The notes: a model not told the origin generated them from the sequence alone. DNA of 64,000 nt from Clostridia bacterium (GCA_017524165.1 JAFWUH010000048.1:4359-68358); one strand, 5' to 3'; positions 1-9,827 are shown, counted from the stretch's first letter. Program-made: numbers and translations.

Positions 1-2461
1 CCGGCATGACTGTTCCGGGGATTTCCACCATATTCCAAAGATTTCGAATCTCCGGTGCTGCCGAAGTAATTTGATTGCAAGCATTGTACGGTGCAATTGC
101 CATTGGCATTTCACCACTTCTGAAGCGGTTAAACAAATCATAAGAAAGCGGTAAGCCGGTCTCGGTAAACAAGTGCGTCCACTGAGAAAACGCATTTACG
201 GAAACCTGTGTATCCAACAGTGTTTGTGATAAATCATCGGTGAACACACGGCCGCCGTTTTGCATCAGCATCGTATAATACATAGAAACATCCACATTGA
301 TCGGGATACCGACATCCAACTGATGCAAATGCAACTGATTGGCAATATTGACAAACTCGTCCCATGTTTGCGGCACATCTAATCCCAATTCTTCAAAGAT
401 ATCGGTTCGGTAGAACAGCATATTAAAGAGTTGAGAATCGGGCAAACCGTAAACGGCATTTTGCATGCTGTAAGGTACTAAAGCGTCCTCGGTAAACCAA
501 GTGCGCACCGTGTCGAAATCCGAGAAGGAGGACAAATCCAGTAGCGCGCTGCGAACTGCCAGATTGACCGGGATATCCCGTGCTGCCTGAATGGTAAGAT
601 CCGGCGCCTGTCCTGAAAGGAAAGCCTCCACAATGGTGGCGCTGACCAATTTGACGCGTACGCCGATATGATGTTCCGGTGTAAACAAATCATTCGTCAT
701 CTGCCAAAGAACTTCTCCTTGGTCCCGACCGGTACCGAGCCAAATATCCAAGGAGACCATATCTTCGTCTTCGTTAAAACCTAAATTATTATAATCTCTG
801 GTAAAGGAAGCAAAAAATGAAAGGACGGTATGTTTAGCCTTTTGAAAGAAGTTTGCTTTGCCATTCGGCAATTTAGCGTCTTTCCCTGCAAAAATCAAGT
901 AATCGACCTGTAACGGTTGAATCCGGATTTCCCCCGCCCAAGAGGAAATACTGCCGATGTTGCTTTGCCAGGAAGAAAGGCGGAACGGAATAGATTCGGT
1001 ATCCTTGATCATACTGCGTAACTGGACAGCCGCGGTCACCAGGATCGCACTGTCGGCGGTACTGCCGCCTGCCAGTTCACTGATTTTGGCATTGCAAGCC
1101 TCCAACCGGTCGGCGCAGGATTTCAAATTACCGACAAGATCCGGTATTTCTTTGTCAATTTGATAATCACGATACTTATCCGCCGTTGTCGATGTCACCA
1201 TGATGACTGAACGGTAATAATTGTTCATTTCATAGACGATATCGTCAATTTCACGAACGATAGGTGCCAAATCACCCAAAATATTTTCCATCCGCAAGGT
1301 ATGCATGCCCTCAGTGAGATGGAACAAATAAGCATTGCCTTCGGCATCGGAGGGGGTAATGGTTTTCCAACTGTTCGTATAGGGGAACGGAATATCTTCC
1401 GCCTCTGCAAACGGTATTTCACCGTCAATCAAGATCTTTCTTCGGACCGACAAGCCCTTTAACGCATTTTGACGGTAGCGAACTGTCAGCTGATACCAAC
1501 CGTCTTTCGGTGCCTGAACCTGCCATTCTACCCATTGTCCGTGCGAACACCAGGATTCATCAATAACATTGATAACCTGTTTTTTCAAACTTTGCGGAGA
1601 ACAAAGCGGATCGCCCGCTTCACTGGCAGGGCTGATGGTAGAATCGGATTGAAGCGCAATATTCTCCGCCTCAATTTGAATAATTTGATCGTTTTTTCCC
1701 TCTGTATACGCCTGAAGATATTCTTTATAACTGCGTGCCGGTGCAGACGGAAGCAATGAAATTCCGCCGAGAATAAAGCCGTTGTTGCCGGCCTGTTCTA
1801 AAGTCAGGTGATTCAAGCCGCTGTCAAAATAGAAAAGCAAACCGCCGTCATAATCATGATCGGGGTTGGTCAGCTCGCAATGGGTCCAATCGGTATAAAC
1901 AATGCGCCTTGCGGCAAATTCATCCCCGGCAGCAGTTTTAAACGGCTCCGGTGTTTCAGCGATATAATCGTGATATAAGTATAGCCGACCCGCTTGATCA
2001 AACGGTGTGACACCGTTTAGTTTTACAGCGACTTCCTCCGAAGCGACATCCTTATTCAGCGGATAATAATCCACCGCAATGCGATAAAGTCCTGCAACAG
2101 GGACCTCTACCCGGTAGGTGACCGACTCGTTGAAATCCTGAAGCAGCAGAGCATTCTGTCGATTTTGATATTCCGCCAATTGTTCTACCGATTGTGCGGG
2201 GACGGCGGTCTCGAAAGCGCGTGCATCTACCGAAACAGCTTCGGTCGAAAGCGGCAAATCGGTATAAGCGGATAAATAATTGCTGTAATCCACCGGCTTC
2301 TCTTCGGTTATTTTTTCGGCAGGGATCAATGTTGTCTGAACGGTCGGTGCAGCATTCTCTTCTGTTGTTTTGTCGGTATCCGGTGCGGCACAAACCGATG
2401 TTGACAAAGCAACAGCAAGAACGATTGCAAAAGCCGTTCCGCGAAACCATCCTTTATGCAT
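1..2461 (-). CDS. Large extracellular solute-binding protein with N-terminal CBM-like domains (5' part only; C-terminus lies left of the window)
   Basis: Absent from the ORF track because there is no stop codon in the window. Hand translation from the ATG at 2461 (SD GGAGAGGAG upstream) gives MHKGWFRGTAFAIVLAVALS... (signal peptide). The same frame reads AAPEIRNLWNMVEIPGTVMP at nt 2-58 and LLFYRTDIFEELGLDVPQTWDEF at nt 353-421. These match the 959-aa ORF 42183..45062 (FYRTDIFEELNLKAPKTWDEF; NRFRSGEMP in both). I did not check every intervening codon. Confidence 0.75.
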   Translation of the reverse strand, partial: MHKGWFRGTAFAIVLAVALSTSVCAAPDTDKTTEENAAPTVQTTLIPAEKITEEKPVDYSNYLSAYTDLPLSTEAVSVDARAFETAVPAQSVEQLAEYQNRQNALLLQDFNESVTYRVEVPVAGLYRIAVDYYPLNKDVASEEVAVKLNGVTPFDQAGRLYLYHDYIAETPEPFKTAAGDEFAARRIVYTDWTHCELTNPDHDYDGGLLFYFDSGLNHLTLEQAGNNGFILGGISLLPSAPARSYKEYLQAYTEGKNDQIIQIEAENIALQSDSTISPASEAGDPLCSPQSLKKQVINVIDESWCSHGQWVEWQVQAPKDGWYQLTVRYRQNALKGLSVRRKILIDGEIPFAEAEDIPFPYTNSWKTITPSDAEGNAYLFHLTEGMHTLRMENILGDLAPIVREIDDIVYEMNNYYRSVIMVTSTTADKYRDYQIDKEIPDLVGNLKSCADRLEACNAKISELAGGSTADSAILVTAAVQLRSMIKDTESIPFRLSSWQSNIGSISSWAGEIRIQPLQVDYLIFAGKDAKLPNGKANFFQKAKHTVLSFFASFTRDYNNLGFNEDEDMVSLDIWLGTGRDQGEVLWQMTNDLFTPEHHIGVRVKLVSATIVEAFLSGQAPDLTIQAARDIPVNLAVRSALLDLSSFSDFDTVRTWFTEDALVPYSMQNAVYGLPDSQLFNMLFYRTDIFEELGLDVPQTWDEFVNIANQLHLHQLDVGIPINVDVSMYYTMLMQNGGRVFTDDLSQTLLDTQVSVNAFSQWTHLFTETGLPLSYDLFNRFRSGEMPMAIAPYNACNQITSAAPEIRNLWNMVEIPGTVMP

Positions 2462-2655
2462 TCTGCCCACTCCTCTCCATGTAATATTAGTATACCATAA
2501 AGCAACCATTGATGGAAATGATAATTTTTTTCGTTTTATACCATTATTTTTCGGTCTTTTCTTACAAAAATTACGAATTTGCCGGAAATGCCACAATAAA
2601 TCGCTTTGAATCCTTTTTTGCGCAAAAAAATAATATTAATCTAAAGAAAATGGCA

Positions 2656-2684
2656 TTGCTATCCTTTTCGGAATATTCTATAAT
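2656..2684 (+). promoter_or_regulatory. Candidate sigma-A promoter for the GH3 gene
   Basis: TTGCTA (2656-2661), 17-nt spacer, TATAAT (2679-2684), about 28 nt upstream of ATG 2712. SD AAGGAGG at 2698-2704. Confidence 0.35.
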
Positions 2685-2711
2685 GAAAAAAAATCACAAG
2701 GAGGATCGGTT

Positions 2712-4961
2712 ATGTTACCTGTTTATAAGGACGCCTCTCAACCGGTTGAACTTCGCGTAAAAGATCTGCTTTCAAAAATGACCTTGGAAGAAAAAGTCGC
2801 CCAGATGCGGTTGCTCTGCTTGCATGGTACCGACGCCTATAAAACTGCTGACGGAAAACTCAATTTTGATTATTTCAAAGAGCACACCGATGCCTGCGGC
2901 GCTATTTTTAATATCATCGGTTTAACGCTGAAAGAACTGAATGAGATTCGATCCTGGTATATAGAGAATACCCGACTCGGCATTCCACCGTCGATTCATT
3001 CGGAGGGACTTCACGGCGCGATTCATAGGAACGGCACCACTTTTCCGTCCTCTGTCGCAATGGCGGCAAGCTTTGATCGGGATTTGTACCGTAAAGCCGT
3101 CGGCACGATTGGCGACCAGTTGAACGGATTAGGCGTAGATACTGTTTACGCCCCGAATTTGGATGTTTCGCGAGATCCTCGCTGGGGTCGCGTAGAAGAG
3201 CATTACGGCGAAGATCCCTATTTGATTGCTGAGTTTGGCGCCGCCTATGTAGAAGAGGTGCAAAAGCGCGGAATTTCTTCCTGCATCAAGCACTTTGCCG
3301 TCCACAGCGCTCCTGATTCCGGCATTAATTTGGCGCCGGTGCATGAAGGTCGCCGCGAAATTGAATCCATTTATTTATATCCGTTCCGTCAGGTAATAGA
3401 ACGCGCGAAACCGGAGGCGCTGATGCCTGCCTATTCCGAAGAAGACGGAGAACCGCTCCACACTTCTAAGCGTTGGATGCGCCGCATTTTACGAGACCAA
3501 TTGGGTTTTGAAGGATTTACCGTTTCGGATTACGGCGCTCTTTGGATGGTATTAGATATGCACTTTGCCGCCCGGGATGTCAAAGAAGTCGGCATCCGTG
3601 CATTAGAAGCCGGCGTAGATATGGAAGCCCCGGATCAATTTGCTTACGCGAAATGTTTGGAAGAAGCCGTAAAGAATGGCGAAGTTGATGAAGCATTGGT
3701 AGATGAGGCTGTTTCCAGACTCTTGAAACATAAATTTGAGAGCGGTATTTTTGACCGCCCCTACGATGAATCTAAACAACTCACCGCACAAACCGCAGAA
3801 GATGCCGCGTCTATTGCCCGCCAAGTCGCGGAGAATTCGGTTGTCTTGCTGAAAAATGAAAATAAAATTCTGCCTCTTTCCGAAAAGATCGGCAAAATTG
3901 CCGTTATCGGACCGAATGCCGACCGCGTTTCAGTAGGCGGCTATTCCGGCACGATCCACCGGTTTTATCAAAACAGTTTGCGCCGTGCATTGGCGCGGCG
4001 GATTGGATCGGAAAATGTCCTCTATGCAGAGGGTTGCGGTCATACGAAACAGGATCCGACTGATTTGGCAAGTGCTGTTGCGGTTGCCGAACAAGCCGAT
4101 GTGGCGGTATTGGTTTTGGGCGACTGGAACGCCGGATTTGGCGGTGTCGGCGGCGATATCAAAGACTTGAATCATCCCGGCACCTGCGGCGAGGGTTTTG
4201 ATGTCTCTTCCTTGGATCTGCCCGGTGATCAGCAACAGTTGTTAGAGGCTGTTTATCAAACCGGCACCCCGGTTATTTTGATCATGGAATCCGGTCGGCC
4301 CTATGCAATTAAGTGGGCGAAAGAACATGTTTCTGCTATTCTTCAGGCTTGGTATCCTGGCGAAGAAGGCGGCAACGCCCTTTGCCGACTATTGTTCGGC
4401 GATGTCAATCCCTCGGCAAAATTACCGATTTCCTTCCCGCAGTCGGTCGGTCATCTTCCTTGTTATTACAATCATAAACATTCCGCCAAAGGGTTTTACA
4501 AAAAGCCCGGCACGCCAACGGAACCGGGCAGGGATTATGTTTTCTCTTCCCCGGATTCCCTATTTACTTTTGGCGACGGGTTGTCCTATACCGAATTTGA
4601 ATACAGCAATTTAACCGTTTTCCCTGACCCAACTGATGAATTACCGGTCAAAGTGACCGTTACCGTAAGGAATATCGGTGAGCGTTTCGGCGGCGAACCT
4701 GTACTTCTGTTTGTTTCAGATGTTCGTTCCACGATTGCCCCCTATGTAAAACAGTTAAAAGCGTTTGATAAAGTTTTTCTCCAACCGAATGAATCCAAGA
4801 CCGTTTCTTTCACGCTGGGATTTGACGCTTTTTCTCAAATCAACGAGGATTATATTCCCGAGGCAGAAGCCGGAGAATTTATTCTTCAAGTCGGTTCTCA
4901 AAAGGCTTCCTTTATGCTGAAAAAATCAATCCAGAAGCCGGATCGCGCGCTTTCATTCTGA
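2712..4961 (+). CDS. Glycoside hydrolase family 3 beta-glucosidase-like enzyme, cytoplasmic (no signal peptide)
   Basis: 749-aa ORF with SD AAGGAGG 7 nt upstream. GH3-type N-terminus LSKMTLEEKVAQM, and KHFAVHS and GFTVSDYGA (nucleophile-Asp region) motifs. C-terminal beta-sandwich region. Confidence 0.85.
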   Translation: MLPVYKDASQPVELRVKDLLSKMTLEEKVAQMRLLCLHGTDAYKTADGKLNFDYFKEHTDACGAIFNIIGLTLKELNEIRSWYIENTRLGIPPSIHSEGLHGAIHRNGTTFPSSVAMAASFDRDLYRKAVGTIGDQLNGLGVDTVYAPNLDVSRDPRWGRVEEHYGEDPYLIAEFGAAYVEEVQKRGISSCIKHFAVHSAPDSGINLAPVHEGRREIESIYLYPFRQVIERAKPEALMPAYSEEDGEPLHTSKRWMRRILRDQLGFEGFTVSDYGALWMVLDMHFAARDVKEVGIRALEAGVDMEAPDQFAYAKCLEEAVKNGEVDEALVDEAVSRLLKHKFESGIFDRPYDESKQLTAQTAEDAASIARQVAENSVVLLKNENKILPLSEKIGKIAVIGPNADRVSVGGYSGTIHRFYQNSLRRALARRIGSENVLYAEGCGHTKQDPTDLASAVAVAEQADVAVLVLGDWNAGFGGVGGDIKDLNHPGTCGEGFDVSSLDLPGDQQQLLEAVYQTGTPVILIMESGRPYAIKWAKEHVSAILQAWYPGEEGGNALCRLLFGDVNPSAKLPISFPQSVGHLPCYYNHKHSAKGFYKKPGTPTEPGRDYVFSSPDSLFTFGDGLSYTEFEYSNLTVFPDPTDELPVKVTVTVRNIGERFGGEPVLLFVSDVRSTIAPYVKQLKAFDKVFLQPNESKTVSFTLGFDAFSQINEDYIPEAEAGEFILQVGSQKASFMLKKSIQKPDRALSF

Positions 4962-4983
4962 TTTCTGCGAAATAAAACAAAAA

Positions 4984-5016
4984 CCTGCTGAAGCAATTTG
5001 CTTCAGCAGGTTTTTT
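4984..5016. terminator. Bidirectional rho-independent terminator
   Basis: Perfect 11-bp stem CCTGCTGAAGC / GCTTCAGCAGG with a 5-nt loop, then T6 on the plus strand. A-run upstream gives TTTTTGTTTTATTT on the minus strand. Lies between the convergent GH3 gene and the 38-codon ORF. Confidence 0.75.
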
Positions 5017-5021
5017 CAGTT

Positions 5022-5138
5022 TTAGAAGATTGGTGTTTCCTCATCGTCGCCGCCATGCGGACGACTAATGGTAATGATATCTTCTTCTGCTAACTGATCC
5101 ACTGAAATTTCAGGTTCAGAATACTCTTTTCGATTCAT
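5022..5138 (-). CDS. 38-aa acidic small protein (MNRKEYSEPEISVDQLAEEDIITISRPHGGDDEETPIF), unknown function
   Basis: Below the ORF-track size cutoff; found by hand. ATG at 5138 preceded by AGGAGG with an 8-nt spacer. Stop TAA at 5022-5024, 6 nt from the terminator hairpin. Lies 42 nt downstream of the 1548-aa gene. Confidence 0.45.
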   Translation of the reverse strand: MNRKEYSEPEISVDQLAEEDIITISRPHGGDDEETPIF

Positions 5139-5180
5139 ATTTAATTCCTCCTATCTACTGCTTAAATCTCAACCTTAACA

Positions 5181-8100
5181 TTAACCAAGCGGTTCCCAAT
5201 CATCCATTCCTTGATTATTGTATATAGCTTCAAAGTAAGTCTTGGAATTCAAATACAAATTCGTTAAGCGAAGCAAGAGATCGCGCAGATTGTTGCTGAC
5301 GCCGTGACCGCCAACACCATCGTCATAGGTATCCAGGACGCGGCTGACATAACCCAATGCGCTGACATTCAAGCCATCGGAAACAGTCAGTGTCGTTCCG
5401 CCATTTTTGACCTTGATATTGAAGATCGCGTCTAATTTTGCCGGGCAAAGACCGCTGATCTCTACACAGTAGATACTCTTTGAAGCACTATAGACTGTCG
5501 GTGCGCTGACGCTGTAATCAACATTTTCGATCATTCCCGGGGAGCTTACCTGAACCGTCTTCCCGGCAACATCGCCTTGCAGATATACCTTTAAGGAAAT
5601 GCTGGACTGCAAGACTAAGCTGGTACCGTACAGGTAAACCGACTCGCTTCCTTGTTGTCCCTTCGCGGAATCCGGTGTGACCTGAACATTGATTTTGCCA
5701 TCAACGGCAGCATTATACTGGCTATTTCCAACCGACCAAACATTAATATTTCCTTTGTTGGTGCGGTAGGACGGGTCACCGGCTTTAGTAGCACAATCTT
5801 CAAGATTGACATCCGGATAGGTTCCGATATGCTCGCTCGGATCATTATCACCCGGACAAATTGCGTAACCCGGATGCGCGCAGGTACTATCAACTCTGAA
5901 ATAAATCTGTGCGATACGACCGTATTCTAACAGAGCCGTGACCGCTTTCTTTAACTCTTCCGAATAATCTTCAGAAGTTTCATGAGACAAAATCTTTTCG
6001 GCGTATTCCTGAATCGAACCGCCGACAATTTCCTCTTTGACATCACCGTTTTTGAAATACACCGTAACATGTTTCGCCATTTGCGTTGAGGATAACGGCA
6101 ATTGATAGCGCAACAAATTATCACCTTGAGTTATACCGGAAAGGGCAGTCTCTACCCCAGCAATATCGCAATAAAGTTGCTTGCTTTCATTTGAAGTTTT
6201 GTAGTAGAAGTTCATGCCAAGCGAGTTGTTACCGGATTCCGGCAGCAGCGAAACGCTGGTACCGTAATAGTATTCGGTAGCTTCTCCCACCTCGGTGATC
6301 GACGGATTCACGAAAACGCCGGCAGTTGAACTTTCGGAATCCTCACTCCATGATTCAAAACGGATAATTTCGCCTTGTTGTAAAGTGATATTAAAGGCGT
6401 CGAAAGAAACGGTTTCGCTATTTGCAGTCAACTGCTTCGTCGTGCCGTCGGTCGGCCATACCTGCGAACCGTTCCGGGTCACAACGATATTGACCTTCGT
6501 TCCGGCACCGTACTTTTGAATGATCGGACAAGTCACGCTGTAGGTAGCGTCCGCGGGCGCCGTAAAGGTTAATGCGGCACGCTCTTTCGCGTCAGCGGAA
6601 GAAGTCTTGCGGGCATAAAGAACATAACCCTGTGCGGCATAATCGTTGGTAGCCGTCGGACCCGTCCAAACATCAGAAGTATCTGCCTCTTGAGCATAGA
6701 AATTTCTGACATTATTGTTATCAAAAATCTTCATCTGCTGCCATTCCAAATTGGTAGCGGTTGAACGGTAATCAACCGACCAATCCGACTTGGCGAAACT
6801 AAACAGTGCACTACGCCAAGTTCCGCCATACAACGAATACGCAAAGGCGTTGCTGTCAATTTCGTCAGCAACATTGGCATAGGTCGTCTTTTCACCGTCA
6901 AGCGACATGCGGGCAATTTCGACCGTGCCGTAAGTACGGTTAAAATAGGAATATTTCGGATTGCCAAAAACGGTAAATTCCACACGAAGAACATCGCCCT
7001 CATTCAGGTGGAAATTCAACAGCGTCGGAATATCAACCGGATTACCTGCGCTAAAAACGCAGTATCCGTTTTGCGGATTATCGCCGTTCCAGAAGGTCTT
7101 GCCGTTGACGGTAATACGAACACCGTAATCGCAACCCCGTGCTTCTTCAGTATTATTTTCATACAGAATAAATTGCGAATCACTTGCTGACGGACCAAAA
7201 CCGTAGGTTCCGGAATCGGGTGCGGTAAAGGTATACGCCATATCCTGATGGTGCTCCTGGTAAATCACAGGGGAAATAAAGCCACGGTAACCGACATTCT
7301 CATAACGGCTGCCCGTCGGCGCCCAATAGGCAATGTTCGGGTAGGCTAATTCGCCGGATTCTTTGTCATCAATATAATGTAATGACTGACTGTAGTTTAT
7401 TTCATTGGATGAATGCCTGAGCGGGAAATCCTCCCAGCCGTTGTTGTTCCAGTTATCATTCATCTGCACCTTCCAGGGCGAGGTGACAACCGGATCAAAG
7501 AATCTGAATTCCCATGTATTTTGTTCATTTGTCGCAGAAGGGGCTGTCGCCTGATATACCGTTTCAATCTGGCGGTGCATATCGCCAAGACGGTAGGTCT
7601 TGGCATTGGCGCCAAAGGTACTGCGCTCCATCAAACGCATGCGGAAAGAACCGGTAATGCGTGTGAGCCACGGGTCTGAAGACAAAACATCGTTACTGTG
7701 GAATTCCAAACGGAAAATATCGCCCTGATCCAAGACCAAATCTAATTCCGGAATCAGCAACGGATGGTAATAATCAAAGGTGCCGGAATATACCGTTTCT
7801 CCATTGACCGTTGCATTCAGTGTAAACAAGTGCTCGGAAGAACTGATTATCCGGAAAAAGTTATTTTCCGTAGCGCTGCGCACCGCGTTTATAGCATCCG
7901 CACCAAAATGGTACTTGCCGGTTTCGGGCGTTGTAAAGCTGTAAGCGGCGTCACTATTCGGCGAAATGATATTGATCATTTTCTTAGAGCCAAGTGTAAA
8001 ACCAAAGCCGGGATATGCTATAGCGTTTGCATATCCAACATAGAAATGTCCGCTTTCTGTTCCGCCGTCCTCCGGACAAGCAAAACCACCCGCAAAGGTG

Positions 8101-9827
8101 AAATCTTGCCAATTGCCGGCATTCTTGGTCTGTACACGCCAAGGAGAGGTGGAATTGACCGTACCAATGGTATAATTTCCGTTTCCTGCCTCAGGAACAG
8201 CGGCACCGTTGGAGGTAACGGCTTTGATATCATTACAATAAGCCGAAATCGGGTAATTTGACACTGTGGTATCGCCGGATGCAGCGGTCAAATCCATTCT
8301 GAAATTAGTGAAAACGCCATCCAAGTACGCATCTCTGGATTCAAAACAGACGATTTCCACACGAAATACATCGCCCGCTTTTAAATCAAAGGTTTTATTT
8401 TTGAGCATATATAAATGCGATTGGTTGGTAAACTGTGCATAGGCGGTGGTAGTGCAACCATTATTCCAAACCATTTTTCCATTGACGGTGAAACGAACGC
8501 CGAATTTAACTGTATGTTCGCCATCGACGGTGGGATAAGCACCCGGTTTCCACCAAGAGTCGCCTTCTTGTTCCTCACTGCCCAACGGAACAAAGGTATA
8601 GGTTCCGGAGACCGCCGGCTTAAAGGTCAGTGCGGTTTCAAGCGACCAGTTCACACCGTCGGTCAAACCACGGGAAGGAATGACATTTAAGAAACTGTAT
8701 GTGTTGTCTTTATGATACATCATCAACGGGAGGTCAAGGTCGTGGTTCAAAAAATAATCACCGCTGGCCCCCATCGCGCTATTCGTTGCAATTCCTTTAT
8801 TCGTTAGTAAAGTTTGCGTTTGCTCCACCGTACGAGACACAACACCGGTCGGTGCATAGGTTATCCAAGGTGTGGTATTATCTACCGCCGATGCTGCACC
8901 ATCCCAAAAAGAACGGGTATCGGTCAATCTACGGTATTGCAGACTCCACAGCGACTTGGAATTAAAGGCGTTAACGGAAGACCCGCTTTCATTATCCGCT
9001 ACTTCTTTGACATAATCCAAGGGACCGCCAGCTGAAATCATTTCAGTCTCTTCCGGGTCTTCGGGATCTTCAGGATCTCCGCCGGCGTTCGGATTGGATT
9101 GATACAAAACAGCGTCCGCGGAAACGGAAGCAACGGTGTTCCCTTGCGCGTCATACCAAGTAGTCACGCCACCGGCAGACGCAGATGTTGCACCATTCTG
9201 TCCGTAAAAATATCTGTTCGTACCGTTATCAAATTTATATTGGACTAAATAAGGGTTTGTATTTGATGCAAGATAAGAAGCATTAGTTAAAGAGCCTTTA
9301 ACTGAAACAATCTCAACCGTGCTATTTAAACCGCTTACAAGTATATAAATACCAACGGTACTGCCAGATAGCATTGCCGACAATTCATACACGGTATCGG
9401 AAGTAGTAGTATATTGTTCGGATTGAGCAAAAATAGTAAATGTTGCGGATGGTGAAGTGCCTTTTACACCTAATCCAACCTGTGCGTAATTGTTTGAACC
9501 AATATTGGTAACCCTATATTGAATAACCAAAGGAGCCTTTGCAGCGAGGTTTTGTGATGAAATTTTCACATAAGTGGTCGAAGACGGTCCCATATCCGAA
9601 CTTACCGTCGGCGTAATAGAAAAACTATTAGTTCCTGTCGACAAATAATCGCAATTCTTCCTATTTGCGCTATTGGAAGCGTTTGATTTTGCTGTGCTCG
9701 TTACATCATTCGTTATTTCGGTTTGAGTAGCGGCTGCCGAGACAAACAGTCCGCCGAGGCAGGTGAAGAGCGAGAACACCATGGCAACTGCGAGGACGAT
9801 TGCCAACGATTTTTTGAATTTACGCAT
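5181..9827 (-). CDS. 1548-aa secreted repeat protein of unknown function
   Basis: SD AGGAGG 8 nt upstream. Signal peptide MRKFKKSLAIVLAVAMVFSLFTCLGGLFVSAAA. Four tandem modules of about 230 aa. No LPXTG, dockerin or TM anchor seen. Confidence 0.85.
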   Translation of the reverse strand: MRKFKKSLAIVLAVAMVFSLFTCLGGLFVSAAATQTEITNDVTSTAKSNASNSANRKNCDYLSTGTNSFSITPTVSSDMGPSSTTYVKISSQNLAAKAPLVIQYRVTNIGSNNYAQVGLGVKGTSPSATFTIFAQSEQYTTTSDTVYELSAMLSGSTVGIYILVSGLNSTVEIVSVKGSLTNASYLASNTNPYLVQYKFDNGTNRYFYGQNGATSASAGGVTTWYDAQGNTVASVSADAVLYQSNPNAGGDPEDPEDPEETEMISAGGPLDYVKEVADNESGSSVNAFNSKSLWSLQYRRLTDTRSFWDGAASAVDNTTPWITYAPTGVVSRTVEQTQTLLTNKGIATNSAMGASGDYFLNHDLDLPLMMYHKDNTYSFLNVIPSRGLTDGVNWSLETALTFKPAVSGTYTFVPLGSEEQEGDSWWKPGAYPTVDGEHTVKFGVRFTVNGKMVWNNGCTTTAYAQFTNQSHLYMLKNKTFDLKAGDVFRVEIVCFESRDAYLDGVFTNFRMDLTAASGDTTVSNYPISAYCNDIKAVTSNGAAVPEAGNGNYTIGTVNSTSPWRVQTKNAGNWQDFTFAGGFACPEDGGTESGHFYVGYANAIAYPGFGFTLGSKKMINIISPNSDAAYSFTTPETGKYHFGADAINAVRSATENNFFRIISSSEHLFTLNATVNGETVYSGTFDYYHPLLIPELDLVLDQGDIFRLEFHSNDVLSSDPWLTRITGSFRMRLMERSTFGANAKTYRLGDMHRQIETVYQATAPSATNEQNTWEFRFFDPVVTSPWKVQMNDNWNNNGWEDFPLRHSSNEINYSQSLHYIDDKESGELAYPNIAYWAPTGSRYENVGYRGFISPVIYQEHHQDMAYTFTAPDSGTYGFGPSASDSQFILYENNTEEARGCDYGVRITVNGKTFWNGDNPQNGYCVFSAGNPVDIPTLLNFHLNEGDVLRVEFTVFGNPKYSYFNRTYGTVEIARMSLDGEKTTYANVADEIDSNAFAYSLYGGTWRSALFSFAKSDWSVDYRSTATNLEWQQMKIFDNNNVRNFYAQEADTSDVWTGPTATNDYAAQGYVLYARKTSSADAKERAALTFTAPADATYSVTCPIIQKYGAGTKVNIVVTRNGSQVWPTDGTTKQLTANSETVSFDAFNITLQQGEIIRFESWSEDSESSTAGVFVNPSITEVGEATEYYYGTSVSLLPESGNNSLGMNFYYKTSNESKQLYCDIAGVETALSGITQGDNLLRYQLPLSSTQMAKHVTVYFKNGDVKEEIVGGSIQEYAEKILSHETSEDYSEELKKAVTALLEYGRIAQIYFRVDSTCAHPGYAICPGDNDPSEHIGTYPDVNLEDCATKAGDPSYRTNKGNINVWSVGNSQYNAAVDGKINVQVTPDSAKGQQGSESVYLYGTSLVLQSSISLKVYLQGDVAGKTVQVSSPGMIENVDYSVSAPTVYSASKSIYCVEISGLCPAKLDAIFNIKVKNGGTTLTVSDGLNVSALGYVSRVLDTYDDGVGGHGVSNNLRDLLLRLTNLYLNSKTYFEAIYNNQGMDDWEPLG
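6260..9005 (-). repeat. Four tandem protein-level repeats of about 230 aa inside the 1548-aa ORF (approximate bounds)
   Basis: Each unit carries three recurring motifs. (1) SxW-x-[VL]-[QD]: SLWSLQY, SPWRVQT, SPWKVQM, SDWSVDY. (2) A-[YL]-[TS]-F-[TK]-x-P-x-x-G-x-Y: ALTFKPAVSGTY, AYSFTTPETGKY, AYTFTAPDSGTY, ALTFTAPADATY. (3) V-x-[VR]-NG and L-x-x-GD-[VI]-[FLI]-R-[VLF]-E. Confidence 0.7.

Noticed and set aside
9037-9075. Short tandem nucleotide repeat encoding GDPEDPEDPEETE in the 1548-aa protein.
   Set aside because: It is an ordinary acidic Pro-rich interdomain linker, too short and imperfect to count as a meaningful variable repeat.
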